A DNA stretch of 64,000 bases from Octopus vulgaris. Its lineage: Eukaryota. The DNA is taken from contig OX597834.1 of NCBI GenBank assembly GCA_951406725.2, positions 25,420,001 to 25,484,000 on the forward strand. Reading direction: 5' to 3'. Under the pieces are notes generated by a model that saw only the letters and a program-made list of their open reading frames with translations, was not told where the DNA came from and searched no databases. Positions within the stretch are counted from its first letter, which is position 1. The number at the start of each line of letters is the position of its first letter. The position numbers and the translations under genes were made by a program. Shown here one piece after another: positions 49,201 through 58,952 of this stretch.

Positions 49201-51018
49201 CCAGCATGGGAAGGAGGACATTAATCAACCACTACCATGATGATCTGGAGGAAGGGTGTGGTACACATTGCCTTTCAAGAAAATCTGAGAATAGTGGGTG
49301 TGCACCTGGGGTGAGGACAGACGCAGCTTGGTTTAGATGAGTAGAGTCTTATCCAAAAATCACACAACAATGTTCAGGGTGATAGACTTTGAACAATACT
49401 AACTCCAACCACTTACTTTAACATTGTCATCACCAATCATACATCTCCCATCTTCTTTTTCCTTTCTCTCTCTCTCTCTCTCTATTTTTCTAGCTCTCCC
49501 TCTCTCTTCTCTTTTTAGCTCTCTCCTCTCTCCCTCTCTCTTTCCCATCACAAGCTCCAAATGAGGGGCCCTCAAAGTGAGCACTCAACCACTCAACTAC
49601 CCAGTCTCCCTAAAATCACAACCTACTGAGTTGAATGATTAAGGGACGCTTTTGATAACATAGTTCTACATATTACGAAAAAGTGGAATGATCATAGCTG
49701 GAACCCTTTTGGTTATAGATCTGCTTGATCAGGACTGACCTGGGGTTAAACAACAGCAACAACAACCAACAAAAAAGCCACAAAAACCCTTAACAAACTC
49801 AATAATTATTTACCATATCATCCTTCTGAGGTAACTTCTCCTCCTGTTTCAAGCCACCACTCACAAAATTCATGGTATAGTCATTACTAGACATAGCACC
49901 GCCTGTCTTACCAAACCTTGGCCGTTCTTCTTCTTCATCACTCTCGGGATCAGCCCAGATTCCTAACAACAGAAAATAAAAAAAGAAAATGTGAAATAAA
50001 GCAAGAACAACAAAATAAAATACAATAAAATACAATAATTCTTATATAAATGACAGAATTGGAAGCATCTGTAAGACATTGGATAAAATATTTGAATGCA
50101 TCCCATGGAATGAGTTTTAACTGGAGTCAATAAAGGAGATTGCATCTCTACTAGAAATAACAGCTAAATCTCACTCACAAACAATACATTTGTAGAATCT
50201 TTAGAGAGTCAGATAAAATATTTGGTAATATTTGTTCTGAATAAGGCGGAAGCTGGCAGAATCATTAGCATGCCAGGCAAAATGCTTAGTGGCAAGCCGG
50301 GTTCCAGTCTGCACCAGGTTCCAGTCTGAGTTGGTTTGCCTTCCTAATGCCACAAAGTAAACAATCACATCATCAAAATTTCAAAACTATGAAGTAACGT
50401 ACAATTAATTCAAAACTATGTGAATAAATAAGCATTACACTGAGCCATGCGTGAAGGCACATGGCTCAGTGGTTAGAGCGTCGAGCTTACGATCATGAGG
50501 TTGTGAGCTCGAATCCCGGACCGGGCTGCGTGTTGTGTTCTCGAGCAAGGCACTTTATTTCACGTTGCTCCAGTTCACTTAGCTGTAGAAATGAGTTGCG
50601 ACGTCACAGGTGCCAAGCTGTATCGACCTTTGTCTTTCCCTTGGATAACACTGGTGGCATGGAGAGGGGAGGCCGGTATGCATGGGCGACTGCTGGTCTT
50701 CCATAAACAACCTCGCCCGGACTTGTGTCTAGGAGGGTAACTTTCTAGGTGCAATCCCATGGTCATTCATGACTGAAGGGGGTCTTTACCCCCTTACATT
50801 TGATGGAGTAATCTGAATGCTAAAGGGTTAAGTGTATGCAGAACTAAGAGATACAGATCTACTGGAACCACAGTTGAGTTGGATATGAATAAGACGTAGG
50901 TTTACTCACCATATGTAGCTTGGTTCTTTGTCTGGCGCCGATATCTTCGGTTGGGGTTAAATTCATTTGCCAAATCATAGTCTGTCACCTCAAACTTCTC
51001 AATTTCTGGAGATGACAT
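17172..51018 (-). CDS. TFIP11: Tuftelin-interacting protein 11 (Ntr1/Spp382 homolog; G-patch + GCFC domains), whole spliced gene, 16 coding exons
   Basis: Exons join with GT-AG boundaries and consistent phases into 824 aa (exon 12 corrected to 219 nt). Recognisable TFIP11 motifs: [29 protein letters not shown]-patch [99 protein letters not shown]...[11 protein letters not shown]. Confidence 0.96.
17432..18154 (-). mobile_element. Helentron/HINE-like non-autonomous element with 297-bp tandem units carrying a Penelope RT fragment
   Basis: Subterminal IRs ACCTCCGCCAAG (17458) / CTTGGCGGGGAT (18142); hairpin GCACTC-nnn-GAG(C/T)GC next to CTAG at 17433, 17730 and 18027; insert encodes [10 protein letters not shown]...[14 protein letters not shown]. 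Confidence 0.65.
18834..18881 (-). CDS. TFIP11: TFIP11 coding exon 15, copy A
   Basis: TTTGCAG acceptor, GTGAGT donor; 48 nt. Confidence 0.87.
19165..20072 (-). repeat. Two tandem copies of an interspersed repeat 3' end with (AAT)n tails (also at 31060-31955)
   Basis: gagcagtgcatgccatcaaagtgacactgggg occurs at ~19217 and ~19515, each next to (TTA)n. Class not determined. Confidence 0.7.
20819..21027 (-). CDS. TFIP11: TFIP11 coding exon 14, copy A
   Basis: Same protein as 32816-33024 with four synonymous changes; donor GTACGT. Confidence 0.88.
22399..22605 (-). CDS. TFIP11: TFIP11 coding exon 13, copy A
   Basis: Same translation as 34282-34488, with one synonymous GAA/GAG change. Confidence 0.88.
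23420..23636 (-). CDS. TFIP11: TFIP11 coding exon 12, copy A; 2-nt (GA) deletion near 23618-23621 shifts the frame
   Basis: Copy A reads gcgtagaggttcc where copy B reads gcgtagagaggttcc; 217 nt where 219 is required. The downstream [11 protein letters not shown] is intact here. Confidence 0.88.
24566..24875. repeat. ~100-bp x3 tandem repeat derived from a SINE head (rearranged in copy B, 36455-36705)
   Basis: gcaacatgaaataaagtgtcttgctcaagaacacaatacg occurs three times. Confidence 0.9.
25717..25913 (-). CDS. TFIP11: TFIP11 coding exon 11, copy A
   Basis: Same translation as 37540-37736. Confidence 0.88.
26010..26240 (-). mobile_element. tRNA-SINE family B with Meta-like domain; other copies 37833-38063 (-), 48815-49045 (-), 62052-62264 (+), 52509-52725 (+), 18956-19160 (+)
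   Basis: GAGCTGGCAGAATCGTTAGCA...GAGTTCAAATTCC...GCCTTTCATCCT.TCGGGGT.GATAAATTAAGTACCAG. Confidence 0.82.
27093..27277 (-). CDS. TFIP11: TFIP11 coding exon 10, copy A
   Basis: Same translation as 38929-39113. Confidence 0.88.
27614..27761 (-). CDS. TFIP11: TFIP11 coding exon 9, copy A
   Basis: Same translation and splice sites as 39450-39597. Confidence 0.88.
29650..29749. other. Assembly gap (100 N)
   Basis: Run of exactly 100 N, a placeholder of unknown true size. Confidence 1.
30742..30789 (-). CDS. TFIP11: TFIP11 coding exon 15, copy B ([16 protein letters not shown])
   Basis: TTTTGCAG acceptor, GTGAGT donor; 48 nt. Confidence 0.87.
32816..33024 (-). CDS. TFIP11: TFIP11 coding exon 14, copy B ([29 protein letters not shown]...QDYD)
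   Basis: AAG acceptor, GTATGT donor; 209 nt; ALDIMNRA and QPGA.EN.AY motifs. Confidence 0.9.
34282..34488 (-). CDS. TFIP11: TFIP11 coding exon 13, copy B (PLHWMMSW...[32 protein letters not shown]...VK)
   Basis: TAG acceptor, GTAAAC donor; 207 nt. Confidence 0.94.
35299..35516 (-). CDS. TFIP11: TFIP11 coding exon 12, copy B; 1-nt deletion in the A-run at 35373-35376 shifts the frame
   Basis: Reads [46 protein letters not shown], then TTT TGG TGA; 218 nt where 219 is required. Confidence 0.9.
37540..37736 (-). CDS. TFIP11: TFIP11 coding exon 11, copy B ([14 protein letters not shown]...[21 protein letters not shown])
   Basis: TTTCAG acceptor, GTAAGA donor; 197 nt. Confidence 0.94.
38929..39113 (-). 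CDS. TFIP11: TFIP11 coding exon 10, copy B ([12 protein letters not shown]...[17 protein letters not shown])
   Basis: TTTCAG acceptor, GTAAGT donor; 185 nt. Confidence 0.92.
39450..39597 (-). CDS. TFIP11: TFIP11 coding exon 9, copy B (CQKRTQAD...[14 protein letters not shown]...FPM)
   Basis: TTCTCAG acceptor, GTAAGT donor; 148 nt. Confidence 0.92.
40058..40658. mobile_element. hAT/Charlie-type MITE (also 28223-29007)
   Basis: Ends CAGTGGTTCTCAAC ... GATTGAGATCTACTG. Confidence 0.6.
41303..41425 (-). CDS. TFIP11: TFIP11 coding exon 8 ([40 protein letters not shown])
   Basis: CAG acceptor, GTAACC donor; 123 nt; phases fit. Confidence 0.9.
41466..41794 (-). mobile_element. tRNA-derived SINE with A-rich tail and ATAGGATTA TSD
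   Basis: Head GGAGGCGCAATGGCCCAGGGGTTAG...GGTTTCGATCCC; TSD at 41457-41465 and 41798-41806. Confidence 0.85.
42564..42726 (-). CDS. TFIP11: TFIP11 coding exon 7 ([13 protein letters not shown]...[26 protein letters not shown])
   Basis: AG acceptor, GTAAGA donor; 163 nt; PEL.HNL motif. Confidence 0.92.
42926..43146. mobile_element. piggyBac-type MITE (TTAA TSD, CCCTTTAG ends)
   Basis: TTAA-CCCTTTAG ... CTAAAGGG-TTAA. Confidence 0.85.
43562..43712 (-). CDS. TFIP11: TFIP11 coding exon 6 ([12 protein letters not shown]...[17 protein letters not shown])
   Basis: CTTGTAG acceptor, weak GTTTCT donor; 151 nt; conserved KVIDMTG motif. Confidence 0.9.
43992..44192. mobile_element. hAT/Charlie-type MITE
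   Basis: TIRs CAGTGCTTTTCAA / TTGAAAACCACTG; repeated GCGGAACCC motifs. Confidence 0.75.
44689..44923. repeat. 118-bp tandem duplication next to the exon 5 donor
   Basis: taatggcggtgccccagc starts at 44689 and 44807. Confidence 0.95.
44928..45140 (-). CDS. TFIP11: TFIP11 coding exon 5 ([26 protein letters not shown]...QWKREPT; G-patch)
   Basis: ORF 44916..45140; TTTTAG acceptor, GTAAGT donor; 213 nt. Confidence 0.95.
45470..45735. repeat. Degenerate minisatellite (ACAGTTATGA..GATAAAGCT-like units)
   Basis: Recurring gttatga and aaagcta motifs. Confidence 0.6.
45765..45828 (-). CDS. TFIP11: TFIP11 coding exon 4 ([21 protein letters not shown]; G-patch start)
   Basis: TTTTTTAG acceptor, GTAAG donor; 64 nt. 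Confidence 0.93.
46596..47050 (-). mobile_element. Non-autonomous Helitron-like element with three ~95-bp internal tandem units
   Basis: 3' end: hairpin GCCGTCA-GTTT-TAACGGC, 10 nt, then CTAG|T. Unit tactcagagttgaaac...ggacacac occurs three times. Confidence 0.65.
47452..47564 (-). CDS. TFIP11: TFIP11 coding exon 3 ([37 protein letters not shown])
   Basis: TTTCTTTCTAG acceptor, GTATGA donor; 113 nt; bridges the phases of exons 2 and 4. Confidence 0.85.
47663..48044 (+). mobile_element. Full-length SINE family A; other copies 57523-57926 (+), 54652-55012 (-), 59322-59679 (-)
   Basis: Near-identical to 14710-15117. Confidence 0.87.
49814..49962 (-). CDS. TFIP11: TFIP11 coding exon 2 ([17 protein letters not shown]...[19 protein letters not shown])
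   Basis: AG acceptor 49964-49963, donor GTAAAT; 149 nt; phases fit the neighbouring exons. Confidence 0.92.
50451..50793 (+). mobile_element. tRNA-derived SINE (family D) inserted in a piggyBac-type MITE remnant
   Basis: A box TGGCTCAGTGG, B-box-like GCTCGAATCCC; MITE right end CTAAAGGGTTAA at 50820-50831. Confidence 0.75.
50910..51018 (-). CDS. TFIP11: TFIP11 coding exon 1 ([37 protein letters not shown])
   Basis: ATG at 51018, preceded by acceptor TTCTTTCCAG (51040-51031); donor GTGAGT at 50909; 109 nt. Confidence 0.92.
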
Positions 51019-52112
51019 TTTGTAAATCTACTGGAAAGAAAGATGGATAAAATAATTGATTGATTCATAAATTGGTTTGACTGATGGATGAGTGGATGAA
51101 ATGCAAGAAAGGTATCTGAAGATGAAGTGAGAGATATAGAGAGATATCCAAGAATGACATTTAAGAGTGAAATATATTTTCTTTATAAAATTTTGGTTCC
51201 CTCATAATCTTCCAGATTTCCTAAATTATTAGAGGAGCTGGCCTAATGACAGGGGAAAAAAACAGTACAAATAGTAGCATAACAGCATTGCACAGGAAAT
51301 GCTCCCTCTCTCTCTCATCTGCAACTCACTACCCTAGCATCTGTCATGGTTTACAATGATGATATTGGAATCTGTCAATCATTAGTTTCTCTGACTGTCA
51401 CAGTTGACCACTTACTCAGGTGTGGCCCCCATCTGACTATTATCCCTTCCCAAACATGAAAAATCACTTGGCTGAGAGCCAGTATCACTATGATGATGAT
51501 GTCCTATCTGCTGTTGATGACTTTGTTTCTTTGTTTCGATCAACACATTCTACCAGTATACGAAGTTTAAAATTTTTTAGTTACGTGGAAATTATTTAAA
51601 AAAAACTGCCGGTCAAACCGAAAAGATCCTAGATTGTAGATATACGTAAAAGGGATGGAGTAGAGGAGAGACTAAAATGAAAGTCGATATATCAAAAGAG
51701 AGAGAAGGGGGAACAGAAAGTGGACATAAAGCAGAAAGAATTGGTGGAGCGACGGAGAAACATTCAGAGAGATTATTGTGTTGTTTGAGTGAAACATTTT
51801 TTTTTTTTTTTGGAAAACATTGAAGTTATTTAAGTCACATGCAGAATAAATGAAATATATATATTTTCCATGATTGACACAGTGAAGAAATATACCACAG
51901 ATATGGTGTTATTGATTCGAGTTAATTGAGAGACAAAAGAAAATGTATTTTATGTCAGAAATACCTGAAAGATTTTCTATTAACTTTCACAACAGAAGGC
52001 TGACATTTTATGATATTTACATCACGACAACGATAAGGTTTAAATGGCGACCACTCTCACACAGAGAGGACTTCGAACGAACACAGCGATGCTGTTGAAA
52101 TTGTCTCTACAT

Positions 52113-52288
52113 CACTGCTCCGTAATCTTTTTTCACTTAGATTCTTTTCAATATTCGGCGGCACACCTGAACTAAAAATATAACTAAGAGTATAGGTAAA
52201 AAAAATTATATCCGGGTTACACTGCGGCACACCTATCATCGTCTCGTGGTACACCAATGTGCCGCAGCGTACCGGTTGCGGAGCACTG
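52113..52288. mobile_element. Short hAT-type MITE
   Basis: Imperfect TIRs CACTGCTCCGTAATC / GGTTGCGGAGCACTG. Confidence 0.5.
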
Positions 52289-53024
52289 CTTTACGTCATC
52301 AGCCTTGATTGAAAAAAAATATATAATTACAGGCGTCCCAAACATAACTACGCCGTCCGACTCTTGGTTGTCTGACGATCTCCTGGATCGATTAAGTACC
52401 AGTTGCGTACTGAGGTCAATGTGATCGACTGTCCGCACGCTCCCACCCCACCCCAACACCCCCAAAATGTCAGGCCTTGTGTCTAGAGTAGAAAAGAATA
52501 TGTTTCAAGGCAGCGTGCTGGCAGAAACGTTAGTATGCCAGGTGAAATGCTAAGCAGTATTTTGTCTGTCTTTACGTTCTGAGTTCAAATTCCGTCAAAG
52601 TTGACTTTGCCTTTTCATTCTTTTGGGATCGATAAATTAAGTAGCAGTTGTGTACTAGGGTCAATCTGATCGACTGGCCGCCTCCCTAAAAATTTCGGGC
52701 CTTGTGCCTTGAGTAGAAAAGAATACAACTGCCGACTGGAAGGAGAGAAAAAAACCATACTGTATCCATAGAAGTTGCTTATAGGACATGGTGGGAATGT
52801 TTAGAATCGATTTGTCCAAGAAACGAATCATCTGTGCAAAAGTCTGATGTTGCTTGATCGAATGCCAGTGGTCATCTGCAGGGCAAAGGGTGAGGCATGT
52901 GAATCAGTTGGCCATTCTCAACACTCTGCCATGTGTTAAGCACCCAATTGTTTTTAAAAAGTGGTAAGTAGTTAGATCGTTAGCTCCTACACGCATTTTT
53001 TTCTCTCCTTGTTTTTTCTGTGTA

Positions 53025-53062
53025 TCTTTCTGTTGAGGAGCGTAGGCTCGAAACGTAAAAGA
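53025..53062 (+). ncRNA. Hammerhead-like motif with CUGUUGA core variant (degenerate relatives at ~23230 and ~35110)
   Basis: TCTTT-CTGTTGA-G-GAGC gtag GCTC-GAAA-CG-TA-AAAGA. Confidence 0.6.
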
Positions 53063-53362
53063 CTTTTTCTATTTCTATTCCTGAGCGCCATACTAATACA
53101 TTTGTTTGTTTGTACTCCACCTGCCTTCGTCTTTTGTTTATTTTCGTAAACCTTCCCGTTAAATGTTAGAACACCTGAGTAAGCCATGCCATGCCAGAGC
53201 TTCACGCTGATTCAGCAATCGCTTGAAACAGTGGTGGCTCACTTGTGGTGCCCACCTAGCAGTTAGGGTTCAAATCCCCTCCACACTATTGACTATCATA
53301 TTAAATCATCAAAGAACTAAATTAGACTAAATCTACGTGCAATATTTTTTTAATTTACTCAC

Positions 53363-53569
53363 AAAATGTTTGTTTTGTGCTGCTTTCTCAAATAATCTAC
53401 AACTTGCTGAAAAATTTAGGTTTTTATTTAGGAAATCGATCTGAAAACCTTGATTTTAGGGAGATTTGGCTGCTGTTTCTGGCAATCACATAAGGACAAT
53501 TAACAATTGACAAGTCCCTTAACCCCTTGGGGTTCGAAGGAAGGGAGAAAGAATAAATGAACAACGTTT

Positions 53570-53605
<36 letters not shown>

Positions 53606-54200
53606 TCAGTTTTTATAACTGGAGATTAATTCTAATCAAGAGGATCAGAAGGGTTTGGGAGAGAATTAGTAAGGATTAAAGGATTAAAGAGGGTTTCTGA
53701 TGAACATCAGAATAAAAACAATAAAAATATAAAAATATTGAACAAAAATCAGTAAAATCAGTAAAATTTTTTTTCAAATAAACACTAAAAACATTTTCTT
53801 AAAAATTATTTTCATAAAACATTCATATTCATAAAAATAAAAACATTTAAAACATAAACACACCAAAATAACGTTCTTGTGGTTGCCATCAATTTGAGGG
53901 TTAAGCAATTTTTTAGTTAGGGGAGATAACCCAATTTTTTAATGGGGGTGAGATAACGAAAATGTAGCGCTTCTTCGTTCTTCCATTTCACTTCCAAACT
54001 TCTAATCCTGTCAAGTATTATCTAGAAGTGATTATCTCCCTTACACGAACAGGCCTATACTTGTTTATCAGTTCTACTTAAATTTACCTATCGTGATACT
54101 GCAGCAAGATTTTTACCGTTTTTCAAAGTTCATTTGCTGCCAATACTAAGTCCATTATTTTGCATAGATATCTGGCAACAAGGGAGATAATCTGATTGGT
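53363..54200 (-). promoter_or_regulatory. Candidate TFIP11 promoter and 5'UTR exons
   Basis: Coding exon 1 has an acceptor 12 nt upstream of the ATG, so a non-coding exon must lie upstream. Candidate donors GTGAGT (53362) and GTAAAT (54087); CCAAT box at 54191-54200; clustered GGGAGATAA motifs. Confidence 0.4.
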
Positions 54201-54480
54201 CGAGAGAAAAGATGGACAAAAGATATGTGAGGAACCCTTAACACTTATATTTGTTTCATTCATTTGACTGAGGCCACACTGGAGCACTATTTTGAAAGAT
54301 GTTAGCCGACCAAATCAGTAGACGCCAGAATTTACTTTTTTAAAGTACTGGTACTTATTCTATCGGCCTTCTTTTTGCTGAACCGTTAAGTTACGGGAAC
54401 ATAAACATACAAACACCGGTTGTCAAGCAGTGGTGAGGAGCAAACACAGATACAAAGACACACACATAGAAATATATGCA

Positions 54481-54512
<32 letters not shown>

Positions 54513-54619
54513 TAGATAGATAGATAGATATACACCTTGGTTAAGAGCCTTCTACTCTAGCTTTGGGCCAATCAAAGCTTTGTGAGTGGATTTGATTGAT
54601 GGAAACTGAAAGAAGCTCA

Positions 54620-54653
<34 letters not shown>

Positions 54654-55183
54654 CTCTTTTACTTGTTTCAGTCATTTGACTGTGGCCATGCTGGAGCACC
54701 GCCTTTAGTCGAGCAAATCGACCCCGGGACTTATTCTTTGTAAGCCCAGTACTTATTCTATTGGTCTCTTTTGCCGAACCGCTAAGTGACGGGGACGTAA
54801 ACACACCAGCATCGGTTGTCAAACACAGACACACACACTTATACATATATACGACAGGCTTCTTTCAGTTTCCGTCTACCAAATCCACTCACAAGGCATT
54901 GGTCGGCCCAGGGCTATAGCAGAAGACACTTGCCCAAGATGCCATGCAGTGGGACTGAACCCGGAACCATGTGGTTGGTTAGCAAGCTACTTACCACACA
55001 GCCACTCCTGCGATATATATATATATATGATGAGCTTCTTTTAGTTTCCATCAACCAAATCCACTCACAAAGCTAGAGTAGAAGGCACTTAACCAAGGTG
55101 TCATGAAAGAGGAAACGAAGGAGGGGAGAGAGAAAAGAAGAGAGGGGACAGAGAAAAGAAGGGAAGAGAGAGATCAACTTTAA

Positions 55184-55400
55184 CCCTTTAGCATTTAAAC
55201 CGGCCAGATCCAGCCCAGATATTCTACCTGTTTTATGTACAGATTGCTTATATTCAGCCTCTCACACCTGCCCTATGATGTCATGCTAAAAATAAACAAG
55301 CACATCATCGAACTCTCAATGCAAAAAGATAATGCATGTTTTTAATTCAATGTGAATAAGTAAGCATTAGATTAGACTGAATAATCTGAATGTTAAAGGG
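55184..55400. mobile_element. piggyBac-type MITE (TTAA TSD)
   Basis: TTAA-CCCTTTAGCATT ... AATGTTAAAGGG-TTAA. Confidence 0.87.
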
Positions 55401-55509
55401 TTAAAACGTCTGAGATAGAACTTGTTAAAAATAGAAGAAAAATATAAAAGCAAGCAAAGGCGGAGAGAGTATCAAATAGATAAGGAAAATGTATGTGAGT
55501 GGAGATGAT

Positions 55510-55730
55510 AGCAGTAGTTGGCATCCATCAGTCTCAAGAAGCCATGGATCTGCACCTGAAGAAATTGTGTCAGCTGCTGATGGTGGTGCAGTGTCTGAGT
55601 AGCTGTAGAGACCCATACAGGAGTGGTAGTCATGCATACAGTGACTGCATCTGAAGGAGCTCTCTGCCAGTGCTACTGGTTTTTCCTTCTGTTGAGTGCG
55701 CTTTTCTTTGGTGGTGGTGAATTCCTGTTT
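55510..55730 (-). mobile_element. RTE LINE 3' end fragment
   Basis: EKRTQQKE...FRCSHCMHDYHSCMGLYSY resembles the RTE C-terminal CxxC..SRIGLxSH motif; followed by a short-repeat tail. Confidence 0.6.
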
Positions 55731-58214
55731 TTTTTCCACTCACTTCATCCCTTTTGCCTTTCGCAGTATCTGTCTCGGGGGAGGGAGGTACTCACATACT
55801 GTTATATTTGTGCGCACTCTCACTCACATTCACAACAGCAGCCGTCCAAGAATTTGGACCTGGAGATCTCCATTTCCAGCGACTTCGAGGGCCACCTCCC
55901 AACGAAGAGCCCTCGACTACAACAAGACGACCAAAGTATTTTTTTTTTCTAAGTTTCTGGGGTCTCCCACCCCTAAGCCCTAGACCATCACCTAATCACC
56001 CTTACCTTGTTGCTTAACAACAACAGTAGAGACCCCTGGTGTCTTCTTCAGCAGGAGCTAACTCTGCTACCAGGATAAAGAATCCAGACTTTCTTTAGTT
56101 CTCTTCCCATTTCAGTTTAATCTTGCAGACATTTTAAGCTGAGCATTAACTTCACCGAGTCAATAAGAAGGAGGTGAGAGGTTTATAAAAAATACTTACC
56201 TCAACCCTTCCCCATCCCACCTACTAACAAACCCAGACCAACTTATTGTTATTAACATCGATTTTATATCAATCTTTTCCATGCTGGCATGAGTTGAATG
56301 AGACATGTTGACAAAGTAGTCTACGGCTGAATGCTCTTCCTTCGTTGTTTACAAGGAGCTTTATTCCATTGGAATTCCCATATTGAATCTCTGAGATGCA
56401 GGACATTTATTTATATTGGACAGAAACACATCACCACTGTCCAAGACACACACAAACAAACACACACAAACATACACACACACACACACAAACAAACACA
56501 CACATACGCACACACACACACAGACACAAAGGGCTCCTGTACAGTTTCCACCTGCCAAATTTCACTGACAAACCATTGGCCAACCCAAGTATGGTTGAAG
56601 AAGACTTGCGCAATTAACCCCACAGTGGAATCTATCCTGAAACCATGTGTTTGTGATGAGCTGGGGAATGGAAAGCATCCACCTCATAAACCTCAGCATC
56701 TTGGAAAAGGACTGAGAAGAAACTGCAACTAACTGGGCAAGAAGGAGGAAAGCAATGAGAATTTTGAAATAGTTTTAAGAAATCACAAAATGTTGAAGAG
56801 GAATGCTAGAAAGTGTGTTGATGTGATATTTCTAGGAAATATGGGTGACTAGTGTGAGCTGTGATGTATGAATGTGTGAGATCTGCTTCTAAAAAGTCAC
56901 ACAAAATAAGCCATGTACCGAGATTTGACTTACATTGCACCATACACAGCATAATAACATGGAATGAATGGGACCAGGTTTGCCTATCAATGGGAGGTGT
57001 GAAATTACATATGAAAATGAAAAATAACCAGCAAGTGCCACCTGTTGTTGTGGTATATCATGTATGCAACATCTATGCAGGTGGTATATCATGTATGCAA
57101 CATCTGTGCCAAAGAGCATAGGTCATTTACTAGTCTGAAAAATCATACCTGTACTGCTCATATGAGTCCAGTTCTGAATGTTGAGAAAGTGGAGGACAGG
57201 AGGGCTTTGTTCATTATAATATACTGATTTCTTTCTCTCTCTCTGTTTATATAAGTGAATGGGTGCATGTTCCAGTATTTAGTCAAGTTTCCCATCTAAG
57301 TACCTAAGATTCTGCATAGGTTACAGGTTTTCAAGGAGATCAGAGATTCTGGAGCTTATATAAGTTTATGTTAAACAAGACTGAGTAGTTGTAATTCACC
57401 TAAAGACCCTGAGTCCCCACAGATGAAACTCTGAGTAGCAAGGCATTGACTCCAGCAGAATAAAAATATTGAGTACTCTTTTTTCTGACAGCCAACACTA
57501 AATGAATGGACAGATGGACATAGGCGCAGGAGTGGCTGTGTGGTAAGTAGCTTGCTAACCAACCACATGGTTCCGGGTTCAGTCCCACTGCGTGGCATCT
57601 TGGGCAAGTGTCTTCTGCTATAGCCCCGGGCCGACCAATGCCTTGTGAGTGGATTTGGTAGACGGAAACTGAAAGAAGCCTGTCGTATATATGTATATAT
57701 ATATGTATGTGTGTGTGTTTGTGTGTCTGTGTTTGACCCCTAGCATTGCTTGACAACCGATGTTGGTGTGTTTATGTCCCTGTCACTTAGCGGTTCGGCA
57801 AAAGAGACTGATAGAATAAGTACTGAGCTTACAAAGAATAAGTCCCGGGGTCAATTTGCTCGACTAAAGGCGGTGCTCCAGCATGGCCGCAGTCAAATGA
57901 CTGAAACAAGTAAAAGAGTAAAAGAGTATATGTACATATATTCTTATCATCATTTCCCATCCACATTCATACTGGTGTATGTTGAATGGTTTGGAAGGAT
58001 CCAGGAGGTCAAAGGACTCTCTCTTACTCCAAAATCTCAGTTTTACTGGTACCATGAATATTATAATTAGTAAATCTGGCTGTGTGGTAGGAAGCTTGCT
58101 TCCCAACCACATGGTGCGTGGTTCAGTCCCATGGTGTGGAACCTTGGACAAGTGTTTTCTACTAACCAAAGCCTTGTGAGTCAATTCGGTATGTGGAAAC
58201 TGAAAGAAGACTTT

Positions 58215-58257
<43 letters not shown>

Positions 58258-58655
58258 CAATCAATAATATGTATGAAGAAAATCATATCTTAGCAACATC
58301 ATTGAATAACTAATTTAGCTTATATAAATAAAATATAAAAATTACCATATAAATTCCATATTTTTTGACAGTTTGAAATCTACATAAAAATTAAAAAAAT
58401 AAGAAAAAAACTAACATAGAAAGCGAATATATTTATCTACTAAAATTAATGATATCTCTCTTGGTTGAATAAATGAATGTCTTACGTCAAATTTGGTTTG
58501 CCGTTTCTTTTTGTTAGCGTTTTTGAACAGCTAAAATGTTTTCTGATGTCAAGTTAAAATTTCACCAATATGGATTACCTTGATAATGTTGTACTGACAT
58601 AAATTTTCGTACATATTATTATTAATTTTAATAATATTGTGTGTGTGAATATATA

Positions 58656-58952
58656 CAGGGTGTCCCAAAAAAATGTATACACACTTTAGTAGCTGATAAC
58701 TCATTTGATATTTTTTCTTTCCAGATGAAACCTATAGGATTTAATGATGGCAGTCAGATTAAGCTTTGAACAAAGAAAATTCATTCTAAAATGATACTGG
58801 AAGTGTGAAAATGCAGTTGAAGTGCAAAAACAGTTAAAGTATGCATACATTTTTTTGGGACACCCTGTATATATATATATATATGGAAAGAAAAAATATC
58901 AAATGAGTTATCAGCTGCTAAAGTGTGTATACATTTTTTTGGGACACCCTGT
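58656..58952. mobile_element. Tc1/mariner-type MITE with an extra inverted copy of its left end
   Basis: TA-CAGGGTGTCCCAAAAAAATGTAT TIR at 58656, reverse complements ending at 58868 and 58952. Remnant MAVRLSFEQRKFILK*YWKCENAVEVQ. Confidence 0.8.

Noticed and set aside
50455-50525. tRNA gene
   Set aside because: The tRNA-like head continues into a SINE body and has no proper acceptor stem. The same applies to the heads at 14710, 41794 and 47663.
53696-53713. CTGATGA as a hammerhead core
   Set aside because: Part of a simple TTCTGATG-AA-CATCAGAA hairpin with no stem II-GAAA. Similar hits at 45711, 47180 and 52284 also fail.
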